A stretch of 64,000 nucleotides of DNA, from positions 203,119 through 267,118 of IMG/VR virus record IMGVR_UViG_3300030329_006583. One strand, 5' to 3'. The translations under genes were made by a program, and so were the position numbers. This document shows, in pieces, positions 1 to 8,586 of the stretch. Below the pieces are notes generated by a model. The model was not told where the DNA came from, did not search any database, and worked only from the letters and a program-made list of their open reading frames with translations. Numbering within the stretch: the stretch's first letter is position 1; each line of letters starts with the position of its first letter.

Positions 1-436
1 TTTTGCCTGACTCAGCACCGGTACGCATACCCAATGATTCATCCTCTTTATCATCATATCCCTGGTGGCCTTCTTCCATATCGTCCTCTGCCAGGTTTTC
101 TTCAACCAATTGGCGAATTCGTTGGCGTAAAGCGGCCTGCTTATTTAATTTCGCTTTTTCTTCTTTTACTATTTGGCGCAGCTGCCTCCTACCCAAGGCT
201 CGGCCTCGGCGGCGACGAGACTCATGTTTTTCTCTTTCATGTTCCAGCTCTTCTTCGTGAGCGCGCTCCATCTCTTCCCGATCATCCTTAATGTCTTTCT
301 CAAGATTATCAATATGATCCTTGTCATCATCAATGTTTTTACGAAGATTATCCAGCTCATCACTGATGCTATCCTCGGCAAGGCGCCGAACTTCTTCCTT
401 TACGATTTTTCTCAATTGTCTCTTTGTGATTCTCAT
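1..436 (-). CDS. Tagged acidic/coiled-coil protein, 3'-truncated by the window edge (MRITKRQLRKIVKEE...)
   Basis: Hand-translated from ATG at 436, open to base 1; three tag-like helices (RQLRKIVKEE, RQLRQIVKEE, LRQRIRQLVEE); not in the ORF track. Confidence 0.8.
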   Translation of the reverse strand, partial: MRITKRQLRKIVKEEVRRLAEDSISDELDNLRKNIDDDKDHIDNLEKDIKDDREEMERAHEEELEHEREKHESRRRRGRALGRRQLRQIVKEEKAKLNKQAALRQRIRQLVEENLAEDDMEEGHQGYDDKEDESLGMRTGAESGK

Positions 437-726
437 CCTCTCATTCTCCTTGCCATTCCCAGCTGTTGTCCCACATTTTGCGCATCAACAGTATCCCCTT
501 GATCCAAATCCTGTTGGCGCTGTTGTGTTAATTTCTTAACTTGATCCGCCGAGGCTTGTTCCTCGTCGACATCATCTCCACTTAATGAAGTATCCATTCC
601 CATGTCACCCACGGCAAGAAAACCTTCATCATCATCACTTTTCTCCTGGGGGGCTGTATAACCCACAACCTGTTCCCGCAGAATCTCCCTTATTACATTT
701 CGCAATCTGTACTCTGTAACTCTCAT
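433..726 (-). CDS. Small tagged hypothetical protein
   Basis: N-term MRVTEYRLRNVIREILRE; ATGA overlaps with neighbours. Confidence 0.75.
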   Translation of the reverse strand: MRVTEYRLRNVIREILREQVVGYTAPQEKSDDDEGFLAVGDMGMDTSLSGDDVDEEQASADQVKKLTQQRQQDLDQGDTVDAQNVGQQLGMARRMRG

Positions 727-1034
727 GCAGTTGTCACCCTACCTATTAACATCATACTGTCACCCTCCGTATCGCCACCTATAATTACGGAGCGTATCTT
801 TTGGCACAATCCCTTTACCCATTCTTTCAAACCCAATCGTTTTGTGGGTACCGGAATTTGCATACATTGTTTGGTATAGGCTTTCATAATAAAACGGGCG
901 GCCAAACGAGAACCATATTTTTTAGCAATTACATGAACAATTTGTTGGGTTTTTGGGTTTAACTCAACAAACATCTCACGTAATTCTGACCTGGTTGGCA
1001 ATTGCCTGTTTTTCATTTTATTCACCGTAATCAC
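723..1034 (-). CDS. Hypothetical protein
   Basis: ORF tiles between neighbours; probable start at MKNRQ. Confidence 0.6.
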   Translation of the reverse strand: MITVNKMKNRQLPTRSELREMFVELNPKTQQIVHVIAKKYGSRLAARFIMKAYTKQCMQIPVPTKRLGLKEWVKGLCQKIRSVIIGGDTEGDSMMLIGRVTTA

Positions 1035-1269
1035 TTATCAACTCGCTGGCATTTTGTTTGCGGGCCCTATCTGCTGCGGCTTGTAAAAAATCAGCCATAG
1101 TAATACCAGCTAACGCCGGTGCTTGTTCCACCGAGATGTCATCGCGTACTAGTCGAATGGCCTCATCTAAATACATGTGGAAAATATCGGTAACATGATC
1201 CCGAGCTGCCTCAGTGTTAAATTGTTCATGAATTATTTTTTGAAGTTGTTTACGAGTAATTTTCATCAT
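1018..1269 (-). CDS. Small tagged hypothetical protein
   Basis: N-term MKITRKQLQKIIHE; GAGG RBS upstream. Confidence 0.75.
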   Translation of the reverse strand: MMKITRKQLQKIIHEQFNTEAARDHVTDIFHMYLDEAIRLVRDDISVEQAPALAGITMADFLQAAADRARKQNASELISDYGE

Positions 1270-1436
1270 TTTAACCTCAGTTTTTCACGCTACATGTGAC
1301 CGGCTAAAACGATATTCAGGTATGCCAGTCTCATTTTATTTTAACGTGGGCGCAGACTCACTATCCCACCGGTTTAATACCACCAATTTAAATATAACAA
1401 AAGGTGACATTAATGCCACCCTTTATTCAATAAAAA

Positions 1437-1544
1437 TTATTGCCCTGTAATCTTCTTAAGCTGGGCCATACACCATTTTAGGCCAACCCATGCAAAAGGG
1501 GCCACCACGGAACCCACAAGGGCACCCCACATAAACTCTGTCAT
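1437..1544 (-). CDS. 35-aa single-TM membrane peptide (MTEFMWGALVGSVVAPFAWVGLKWCMAQLKKITGQ)
   Basis: Hand-translated; GGAGG RBS upstream; below the ORF-track cutoff. Confidence 0.6.
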   Translation of the reverse strand: MTEFMWGALVGSVVAPFAWVGLKWCMAQLKKITGQ

Positions 1545-1610
1545 AATACACCTCCTACCTAATATTACAAATAATATTTAAAACATAAATATCAAAATTA
1601 CAATTCTTTA

Positions 1611-2441
1611 TTACGCCGGCTTACCAAACCCATCTTCACTTGCATTAACAATGTGGTGATTGAGTTCATAGGCATGATTTAATATTTCATCCGCATATCT
1701 CTCTATGCGGTTCACCAAAGATACGGGAACACCGCGTTCAAATAATCCGGTTTTCCCCAATCTCTCTACCACCGCATCTGTTACATCATTGACCCGACGT
1801 GAATGTAACATATCGGATTCTAAATTTTCCTTTAATAAACCCTTTATGACACTTCGCAATAAGGATTCATTTTGACTATCTTCTACAACCTCCAATATAG
1901 CCCTCCAGTGACTTGGGCTAATACCGGAAGGTATTCCACCACTTGCAGATTGTAAAGCCATGAGTGCATCCCCGTATTTCTTTATTTGCCGTGGACTGGG
2001 ATTGCTGAGAAGGTTGTGCAACATATCTGCCAATTTTACCTTTAGCGATGCCGAATCTCCCAATAAGGACAATACATAATCCTGATACGGCACATTCTTT
2101 TCATGGGTCAATTGACGTACCACACGTAATGCCTCCCGCCCGGATTGCACATCCCCGAATGAAGCGGTGATCATTGAGCTCAGATCCTCTGAGGATTTTA
2201 TATTCCCTAATTCAATTGCATCTTCGAGGGTATCATGTAAAAGAGCAATTGCGCATAGTGTTTGATCCTCTGGGTAGTATTTTTCTATTATCTTAGCAAC
2301 GGCCATGGGATGCTCAATATAGGGTTCCCCACTGCGCCTAGTTTGTCCTAGGTGTGCTAGCTGTGCCGTTGCCATGGCATCATCAACATCGGCGCTAGCC
2401 ATACCACAAATTTCACTAATATATTGGCGCAATAGTTTCAT
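1611..2441 (-). CDS. HD-domain (p)ppGpp hydrolase-like protein (RelA/SpoT small alarmone hydrolase, Mesh1-like) with tag
   Basis: AHLGQTRRSGEPYIEHP, ALLHDTLED, VKLADMLHN; tag at N-term and after the domain. Confidence 0.85.
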   Translation of the reverse strand: MKLLRQYISEICGMASADVDDAMATAQLAHLGQTRRSGEPYIEHPMAVAKIIEKYYPEDQTLCAIALLHDTLEDAIELGNIKSSEDLSSMITASFGDVQSGREALRVVRQLTHEKNVPYQDYVLSLLGDSASLKVKLADMLHNLLSNPSPRQIKKYGDALMALQSASGGIPSGISPSHWRAILEVVEDSQNESLLRSVIKGLLKENLESDMLHSRRVNDVTDAVVERLGKTGLFERGVPVSLVNRIERYADEILNHAYELNHHIVNASEDGFGKPA

Positions 2442-3463
2442 CCTTCAATCTCCGGTATACCTGTTATCCTGTGACCGGGTCGGACCCCATTCCTTTTAAA
2501 CCAACCGCGGTTCATCTCCAATGCGCATCGGGCAGGGCCATTCGAATAAGTATGTTCCTCCGTGAAGGGTTCCATGTCCTCAATGTTTAAAATATACCCA
2601 TCATCATCCGTATACGCAATAGACAAGGGGAGAGGTGTGTTCCTCATCCAGAAAGATCTTTGATTAGAATCTGGAAAAACAAACAGCATCCCGCTATCTT
2701 CCCCCATCCCGCGACGGAACATTAGGCCCTGTTGACGAGTGGCAGGGGTTGAAGCAATCTCAGTATCGACCTGTATGCCATTTACCATCACCCCCTCAGA
2801 CAATGTTGTAGTTGTTTTGGTTGCGTACCTGACCTCACCCTCATAGATGAACTCATCAACCTGATTAAACCCCAACCCCTGCGCTTCTCCCAATATCTCA
2901 ACTTCAGCCATGCACTCATTTCGAGCACCACCCACCAAATCAGCGCCATTCCACTTTGGTAATTCATCTTCTAAATCGGGAACCCAAAAACCATAGTCTT
3001 CAAGCTCGTCAAACAGAAGCTCGCTAACACCAATCGCTTCTACGTCTTCTTCTTCCAGCTCCTGGATATCTCGGATGTCTTTATCAATCATGTACTTAAC
3101 AATCTCTACAATCGATGATCGATCAAAACACACACTTGAATCCATCACGTCTCGAAAGAAACCGTAGCCCTTATCGAAGAAAGTTGATTTTGATAGCAAT
3201 TCATCGTATGTCTCTTCATCCCAATCCAACTTTTCAAAGTAAAAGTCTTTCAAGGCAGACTCTGATATCATACCGAGCGTGTCTTCACCGTTATAAAGAA
3301 ATAGCACACGGGAATAATTCTCTGCTGCCTCACGAAGCATATCACCGATATCAAAAGGAGTGTTGCTTTCGTACTCAGGCTGGATATCTACTACGACAAG
3401 ACTGCCTTTCGATCCCTGCTCTTGCTCTAGCAATACCCTTATGTATTCGCGGAGTAGTTTCAT
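2438..3463 (-). CDS. Tagged fusion: isochorismatase/cysteine-hydrolase-like domain plus C-terminal DUF192
   Basis: LVVVDIQPEY...VGGARNEC; EIASTPATRQQGLMFR...GMLFVF...FWMRNTPLPLSIAY...ALEMN. Confidence 0.7.
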   Translation of the reverse strand: MKLLREYIRVLLEQEQGSKGSLVVVDIQPEYESNTPFDIGDMLREAAENYSRVLFLYNGEDTLGMISESALKDFYFEKLDWDEETYDELLSKSTFFDKGYGFFRDVMDSSVCFDRSSIVEIVKYMIDKDIRDIQELEEEDVEAIGVSELLFDELEDYGFWVPDLEDELPKWNGADLVGGARNECMAEVEILGEAQGLGFNQVDEFIYEGEVRYATKTTTTLSEGVMVNGIQVDTEIASTPATRQQGLMFRRGMGEDSGMLFVFPDSNQRSFWMRNTPLPLSIAYTDDDGYILNIEDMEPFTEEHTYSNGPARCALEMNRGWFKRNGVRPGHRITGIPEIEG

Positions 3464-3903
3464 TTTTCTGGAACCCCCAATAGCTTTTCACATTCATCAG
3501 CCAAAATACTCAATTTTAGGGCGGTCAACCTGACATGTTCAATGAAACCCCTTTGGTGAAATGTTTTCCATGCCTGGTGATTATCTGATTTCATGCGGTC
3601 AAAAATCTTATCGATACCAAGGGCATTACACAAAGAAAAGGAAAACTGAAATGCTGCCTCGCTGTAATCTTCATCCCTAAGTGCCAACAGACCTTTCTCT
3701 GCCGATCTTTTTACTTCACCATATAAAAGTGATACACATTCTGGATTATTTTTAATTTCGCAGGTAAGATTAGGCGAACATGCCCTGTACTCTAGTTCTC
3801 CAAAATACTCGATGGTTACCTGCGTATTGCCTTCCAGGTAATTAGTTTTGGGAGTGCAGGAACAAAAAAGTAGCAACAGCGTTATTAGTAAAGCCCTTAT
3901 CAT
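3460..3903 (-). CDS. Putative lipoprotein
   Basis: Hydrophobic N-term followed by LFCSC lipobox-like sequence. Confidence 0.55.
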   Translation of the reverse strand: MIRALLITLLLLFCSCTPKTNYLEGNTQVTIEYFGELEYRACSPNLTCEIKNNPECVSLLYGEVKRSAEKGLLALRDEDYSEAAFQFSFSLCNALGIDKIFDRMKSDNHQAWKTFHQRGFIEHVRLTALKLSILADECEKLLGVPEK

Positions 3904-3930
3904 CTATTAATCCTCCCTGCCAGTGGGTTT

Positions 3931-4284
3931 TCACCATGGCCCGTGTTGACCCGTCTTCAAACAGTTAACCACCGTTTCCTCGGCAGTATATTCCCGTCGG
4001 ATTTCGGGCTGGAACATGTCATAATAAATATCACGTGGAATTCCTTCTGGCTTGGTATAACTTGACTGCCAGTCAAACACAGTGTCACCTTTCTCCACCC
4101 ACGCATGATCCACAGTTTCCCCAGAGAACTTATCAGTGACCTGCCCATGCACCACCTTAAACTTGGAAAGATCGCTGAATTCTTCATCTGTGGTACCCTG
4201 GGCCATCTTTATTGCGTGTGGATAGCATTGGCCGATTGCTTTTTCCACTAGTAAGGCTCTTATGTACTCACGCAATAGATTCAC
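3931..4284 (-). CDS. Tagged protein, possible transglutaminase/papain-like Cys-His-Glu fold
   Basis: GQCYPHA...VVHG...HAWVE; N-term MNLLREYIRALLVE. Confidence 0.55.
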   Translation of the reverse strand: MNLLREYIRALLVEKAIGQCYPHAIKMAQGTTDEEFSDLSKFKVVHGQVTDKFSGETVDHAWVEKGDTVFDWQSSYTKPEGIPRDIYYDMFQPEIRREYTAEETVVNCLKTGQHGPW

Positions 4285-4889
4285 TTTATCACCCCGGCCG
4301 AAGCAAAATCTACAATGTTAATCCCCAGCCCTTCGGTTTCTTCAGACACAACAGACATCAAGTTATCCGGAACCATTATCTCCTTAATTGACCAATTGTC
4401 AACCAAGGCTTCGTTAGCAGAACCAGGAATAAAATCTTTGGAATCAAGAACAAGAAAACCGGGTGACAACAACTCATCCATGTCATGATAGGTACCTTTG
4501 TTTACCCCAGAAGACTGTGCCCTATGTTCTCCTCCTACCCTAGCCGCCGTGGACCCATATCCCGTATTTAGATCCTCATTTGATAATAGGGTTATCCTTC
4601 CATCGATAACCAACCCGACCATAGAAAGCTCATAGCTTTCTGGGTTTATCTGCCCTGGCAAATAAGCTCGAACACTCAATTCATTTCTGGAACCTACGTT
4701 AATTGTTTGCATTAATTTTTGTGGCCTAACCCAATGAACTGTTACTAGCGAGTCAAGAAACTGTTGGTCAGCATTCTTTGCGTAATACTGCTTTATTTCC
4801 CGACCGGTTTTTAGAGCTAACAAATCACGCTCATCTGCTTCGGCAGTTTCGACCAACAATTCCCTTATATATTCACGTAGTAATTTCAT
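4281..4889 (-). CDS. Tagged hypothetical protein
   Basis: N-term MKLLREYIRELLVE. Confidence 0.75.
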   Translation of the reverse strand: MKLLREYIRELLVETAEADERDLLALKTGREIKQYYAKNADQQFLDSLVTVHWVRPQKLMQTINVGSRNELSVRAYLPGQINPESYELSMVGLVIDGRITLLSNEDLNTGYGSTAARVGGEHRAQSSGVNKGTYHDMDELLSPGFLVLDSKDFIPGSANEALVDNWSIKEIMVPDNLMSVVSEETEGLGINIVDFASAGVIK

Positions 4890-5173
4890 TTCTTGCCCCT
4901 GATCTTAACCCATGTGCCCCACATTAACGGAACAGCTAACCAATGCAAGCATAATAACCATGCTGCAGGAGCACCGGCATAAAAAGATGGATGAACTGTC
5001 TTTCCCAAGAATATGAAGAGAGCGGGAAACCCAACGTCTTCAATAATTTCCCACAACAAGAATATGACAACGAATGCCAGACCGTTCTCTTTGAGAAAGC
5101 CTTTTAATTTCTCAATAGAAAAATGCTCAAATTTATGAACTAGGCGATCTTTTGTCCACTGAAATAACTTCAT
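4886..5173 (-). CDS. Small membrane protein
   Basis: Two hydrophobic segments. Confidence 0.65.
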   Translation of the reverse strand: MKLFQWTKDRLVHKFEHFSIEKLKGFLKENGLAFVVIFLLWEIIEDVGFPALFIFLGKTVHPSFYAGAPAAWLLCLHWLAVPLMWGTWVKIRGKK

Positions 5174-6021
5174 TAATAATATTTTGCCCCCATAACATTA
5201 ACATCAGGATACTGCTTTTCCATCTTTTCTTTCAGATGGCCTATCGCGGGGGTCATCATCTTCCCAAAGTCAATAATGCTAGCAGGCTTTGCATACATGC
5301 TGAAAAACTTGTCAACAAGCCGGGTCGCTACTTTTTGGCCACCTTTATCTCCCCGGGTTTTCATATAATCAATATACCAGTAATCCGGCCCTCGTTGGTG
5401 ATAATCTAAAAACCCGATGATGCAAACGTCGCTCACCCCTGGGATTATCTCATCTAGCACTGGTTTTTTAAGTTTTCTTCTGCCACCCTTTGTACGTTTT
5501 CGCCACCTTTCAATTTCTGCGAAATAGTGATCATGAGGCCTCGGGGGATCTGTGACAGAAGAATCACATAAGGCCAAACGTTTCACATTGCCAGAACTGT
5601 GATATTGGAGCGGAGAATCAACTTCACGGAACTCAATTCCCTCTGTCAAAATTCCCCTGACAACTTGACGTACAGACTCTTTCGCATGGGGTGTATCGTT
5701 AATCGTTTTAAGCTTGGCCATGTCAACACCAGAAATGCCGGTCAGATCAGCAATCAGATCATCTATGGTATAACCATCACCTCGCTCAAACCGAACCACC
5801 AGATCGGCCATCTGCTTTCCTTCAGGTGCAGGACGAAGCGAAGCATCCTGGCGCACCGTTATCACATCCGGCAGTCCCCGAATCTTTGTGAGAATGTGTT
5901 CCATGGTAGGCTTATCAGGAGAATCAATGCTGACTCGCACTGTTACGGAGAGATCATCTAACACTGGTTCAGCAGCCGTTTGTTCCAATAAGCCCCTTAT
6001 GTACTCGCGTAGTAGTTTCAT
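5173..6021 (-). CDS. Tagged two-domain protein: ACT-like domain plus GNAT acetyltransferase-like domain
   Basis: ILTKIRGLPDVITVR; WYIDYMKTRGDKGGQKVATRLV (acetyl-CoA motif A-like); tag at N-term and between domains. Confidence 0.6.
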   Translation of the reverse strand: MKLLREYIRGLLEQTAAEPVLDDLSVTVRVSIDSPDKPTMEHILTKIRGLPDVITVRQDASLRPAPEGKQMADLVVRFERGDGYTIDDLIADLTGISGVDMAKLKTINDTPHAKESVRQVVRGILTEGIEFREVDSPLQYHSSGNVKRLALCDSSVTDPPRPHDHYFAEIERWRKRTKGGRRKLKKPVLDEIIPGVSDVCIIGFLDYHQRGPDYWYIDYMKTRGDKGGQKVATRLVDKFFSMYAKPASIIDFGKMMTPAIGHLKEKMEKQYPDVNVMGAKYY

Positions 6022-7100
6022 TACCATTCCCCCGCTTGTTTGGCCCTGGTACGCATGTGTTCCGGAGTCAATGTGTTAGGAAATGTCTTAACTACATCGA
6101 CTGCACCCTTCGATAAAAAGATCGCCTGCTGTGGTTCATTTTTGTGAATCAAGCCGGTACTGCGATCATAAAAGGCGTCCATACCGATCCCTCTCAATAT
6201 GGCGTTCCACTTTCCAATAGGGGCAGCTGCCTTATCACCGGCACCTGGACTCCCACCTGCTATCATCTTTGTCAATAGCCATATGAGATCAATAGGCCTC
6301 TTTCGGGCTTTCTTTTGTGCCTCTTCATATATGGCAGAATTTCTCATGATCGCCGTTATGGGATTAATTCCTTGGGCCACAGCCTCCTCTACCTTCTGCA
6401 CCTCATCTTCAAATGAGGTACCTGATAAACCAAATCTCTCCACGGTTTCCTGTGTATACAATTGTTTCATCGCATCATATTGCTCTGAAAGTGTGAACTC
6501 AGGTGACGTCACCAAATTTGCTCCTGCGCTGGTTTTTAATATTGAAATGAAAGGTTGTTGTGTAGCAAAAGGCAATCGTTCAGAACCTTTAGGCGAAGTA
6601 AGTTGTTGAACTGTTTTGGGAAAGAGGGGGTAAGCATAAATTCCGGCGGGTGTGTTATAATCAGAGCCGGGGTTGACACCCACCTTATTAATGGCTGTGA
6701 AAGTAATATAATATTCCGGCTTTTCCGATGAATTCCCATCGGCATATGATTGCAATTCATTTTCAAGGGTAGGAAGTTCCACACCTTCTTTATCGGCACG
6801 ACGGGCCTCAGCCAATGTCATTTGTATATACTTGCGCAAGAGCTTCTCATTCATCTTTCCTGTCATCCTCTCCAACATGTCCATGGCCTCTTCCCTGGTT
6901 ACAAAGTAATCACCCTCAATGGTGTAGGGTTTCTCTGAGCCATCAGGTAGAATATAACCTGTACCCACATAAAACCCGTTGGAATTTTGCATCACCTGTA
7001 ATTCTGTGGGACCAAATCCTGGCCGGTGCGGCTTGGGCGACCCTGCCTTTTGAAGTAAAGAATTTCTAAACCACTTAATTTGAAAACCCTTTGGCCACAT
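6021..7100 (-). CDS. Two-part hypothetical protein with internal tag (MNEKLLRKYIQMTLAE)
   Basis: Long ORF; C-terminal part has YNTPAGIYAYPL and GLIHKNEPQQA motifs. Confidence 0.7.
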   Translation of the reverse strand: MWPKGFQIKWFRNSLLQKAGSPKPHRPGFGPTELQVMQNSNGFYVGTGYILPDGSEKPYTIEGDYFVTREEAMDMLERMTGKMNEKLLRKYIQMTLAEARRADKEGVELPTLENELQSYADGNSSEKPEYYITFTAINKVGVNPGSDYNTPAGIYAYPLFPKTVQQLTSPKGSERLPFATQQPFISILKTSAGANLVTSPEFTLSEQYDAMKQLYTQETVERFGLSGTSFEDEVQKVEEAVAQGINPITAIMRNSAIYEEAQKKARKRPIDLIWLLTKMIAGGSPGAGDKAAAPIGKWNAILRGIGMDAFYDRSTGLIHKNEPQQAIFLSKGAVDVVKTFPNTLTPEHMRTRAKQAGEW

Positions 7101-7113
7101 AACCTATCCTTCC

Positions 7114-7449
7114 TTACGCAGAAAAAGACGTTCCACACCCACATGTGGAAGTAGCATTGGGGTTACTAAATTCAAACCCGCTTCCGTTCAGCCCACCTGA
7201 CCAATCCAGAACGGTGCCAATCAAAAATAAGTAGCTCTTTTTGTCTACATATAACTTAATTCCGCTCTCAGACGTGTATACCTTATCACCTTCTTGAATC
7301 TCAGTTTCCAATTCCAAGTTATAAGACAAACCTGCACAACCCCCACCTTGTACACCCACCCTTATTCCGTTAGCAGTAGAATTTTCACGTTCCATGATCT
7401 TACGAATCTGTGTTTCTGCATCCGGTGTTATCTCAATGGTTGGTTTCAT
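7114..7449 (-). CDS. iscA: A-type Fe-S carrier protein (IscA/HesB)
   Basis: GVQGGGCAGLSY...NPNATSTCGCGTSF. Confidence 0.95.
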   Translation of the reverse strand: MKPTIEITPDAETQIRKIMERENSTANGIRVGVQGGGCAGLSYNLELETEIQEGDKVYTSESGIKLYVDKKSYLFLIGTVLDWSGGLNGSGFEFSNPNATSTCGCGTSFSA

Positions 7450-7822
7450 TCTTTTCTCTCCAATCTTTGATTGCAGCCTTGATGGCATCCTCCGCCAACA
7501 CGGAACAATGAATCTTGATGGGTGGCAAATTCAATTCCTCGACAATCTCCACGTTTCTTATCTTTTCGGCATTGTCAACTGTCATTCCCTTTACCCACTC
7601 GGTCGCCAGTGAACTAGCGGCAATCGCACTCCCACAACCAAAAGTCTTGAATTTGGCATCTTCAACAATGCCTTCATCATTTACCTTGATTTGCAATTTC
7701 ATAACATCACCACATTCAGGAGCACCGACCAAACCGGTGCCCACTGTAGTGTCTGTTTTATCCATTGATCCAACGTTCCTGGGATTTTTGTAATGTTCAA
7801 GCACTTTATCTGAGTATGCCAT
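7433..7822 (-). CDS. iscU: Fe-S scaffold protein IscU
   Basis: YSDKVLEHYKNPRNVG, GAPECGD, FKTFGCGSAIA, LPPIKIHCS. Confidence 0.97.
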   Translation of the reverse strand: MAYSDKVLEHYKNPRNVGSMDKTDTTVGTGLVGAPECGDVMKLQIKVNDEGIVEDAKFKTFGCGSAIAASSLATEWVKGMTVDNAEKIRNVEIVEELNLPPIKIHCSVLAEDAIKAAIKDWREKNETNH

Positions 7823-7824
7823 TT

Positions 7825-8184
7825 TTAGCTCTTGAGTTTTCTACCTGGTCTTGTTGCATGCTCATGTGTTTTTGATGCTGCCGCTTCAACCATTCTGGCG
7901 GGCACGTTCTTGAGCGTTTTCTTGCCGAACACAATATCATAATGGCCAATGGCACCGTTCCTGTCAAGACTATGCCACACAATTTTACCCACCCTTTTAG
8001 CCGGGATCCCATATGCCTCCTGCAAAGCTGAAGACTTCAGCTTACCATGTGTCAGTCACGTGTGCCCGATCAATTCTTCCTCTTCGGGATCCAACTCCGC
8101 TTGTTCCATACCTGACCCGAATGGTGCAGCTTTCTTCAATTCTTCTTTAATAATTTGCCTAAGTTGTCTCTTCGTAATTTTCAT
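7825..8184 (-). CDS. Tagged 119-aa His-rich protein with in-frame UGA at codon 43; candidate selenoprotein
   Basis: MKITKRQLRQIIKEE...LIGHT-TGA-LTHGKLKSSALQEAYG... is in frame with the track ORF 7825..8025; hairpin follows the UGA. Confidence 0.7.
8025..8043 (-). promoter_or_regulatory. SECIS-like stem-loop AAGCUGAA-GUC-UUCAGCUU, 12 nt after the UGA (8056-8058)
   Basis: Perfect 8-bp inverted repeat; apical GU at +24/+25 counting the U of UGA as +1. Confidence 0.6.
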
Positions 8185-8525
8185 AACTTATATTTTCTCC
8201 ATGCATATGCAGGGCGATATTTTAAATAATGTTCATCATATTGGTTGGTGTATGCCTCTCGTTCAAATCTTATGGATTTATATGCATCAATAAAATTTTT
8301 ATATTTCCATAGTGATATTATAAAATCAAAAAGATATATCAAATAAAAACCAACGATGGCAGTCTCAAATTGTTGACGAATATGGATCATTTCATGTCGT
8401 AATATTGTTTTATTACCTTCCCCTCTCACAAAGATAAATGGAAAAAGTGCAATTGCTTCGACATTAAATGCCCAACTAAATAGGCGCGGAATGCGACTGT
8501 GTTTAAAAATAAATGGTATCACCAT
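8181..8525 (-). CDS. Small zinc-metallopeptidase-like protein
   Basis: ILRHEMIHIRQQ (HExxH) and FEREAY. Confidence 0.7.
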   Translation of the reverse strand: MVIPFIFKHSRIPRLFSWAFNVEAIALFPFIFVRGEGNKTILRHEMIHIRQQFETAIVGFYLIYLFDFIISLWKYKNFIDAYKSIRFEREAYTNQYDEHYLKYRPAYAWRKYKL

Positions 8526-8586
8526 TTTTCTCCCATACCAAATCTATAGATTTAATTATGGTTGTAATGGTAATCTATATCAGAAA

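Noticed and set aside
7806-8012. Alternative-frame ORF MGSRLKG... with a nearby GGAGG
   Set aside because: The RBS is only about 3 nt from the ATG, it overlaps iscU, and the other frame is continuous with the tagged N-terminus.
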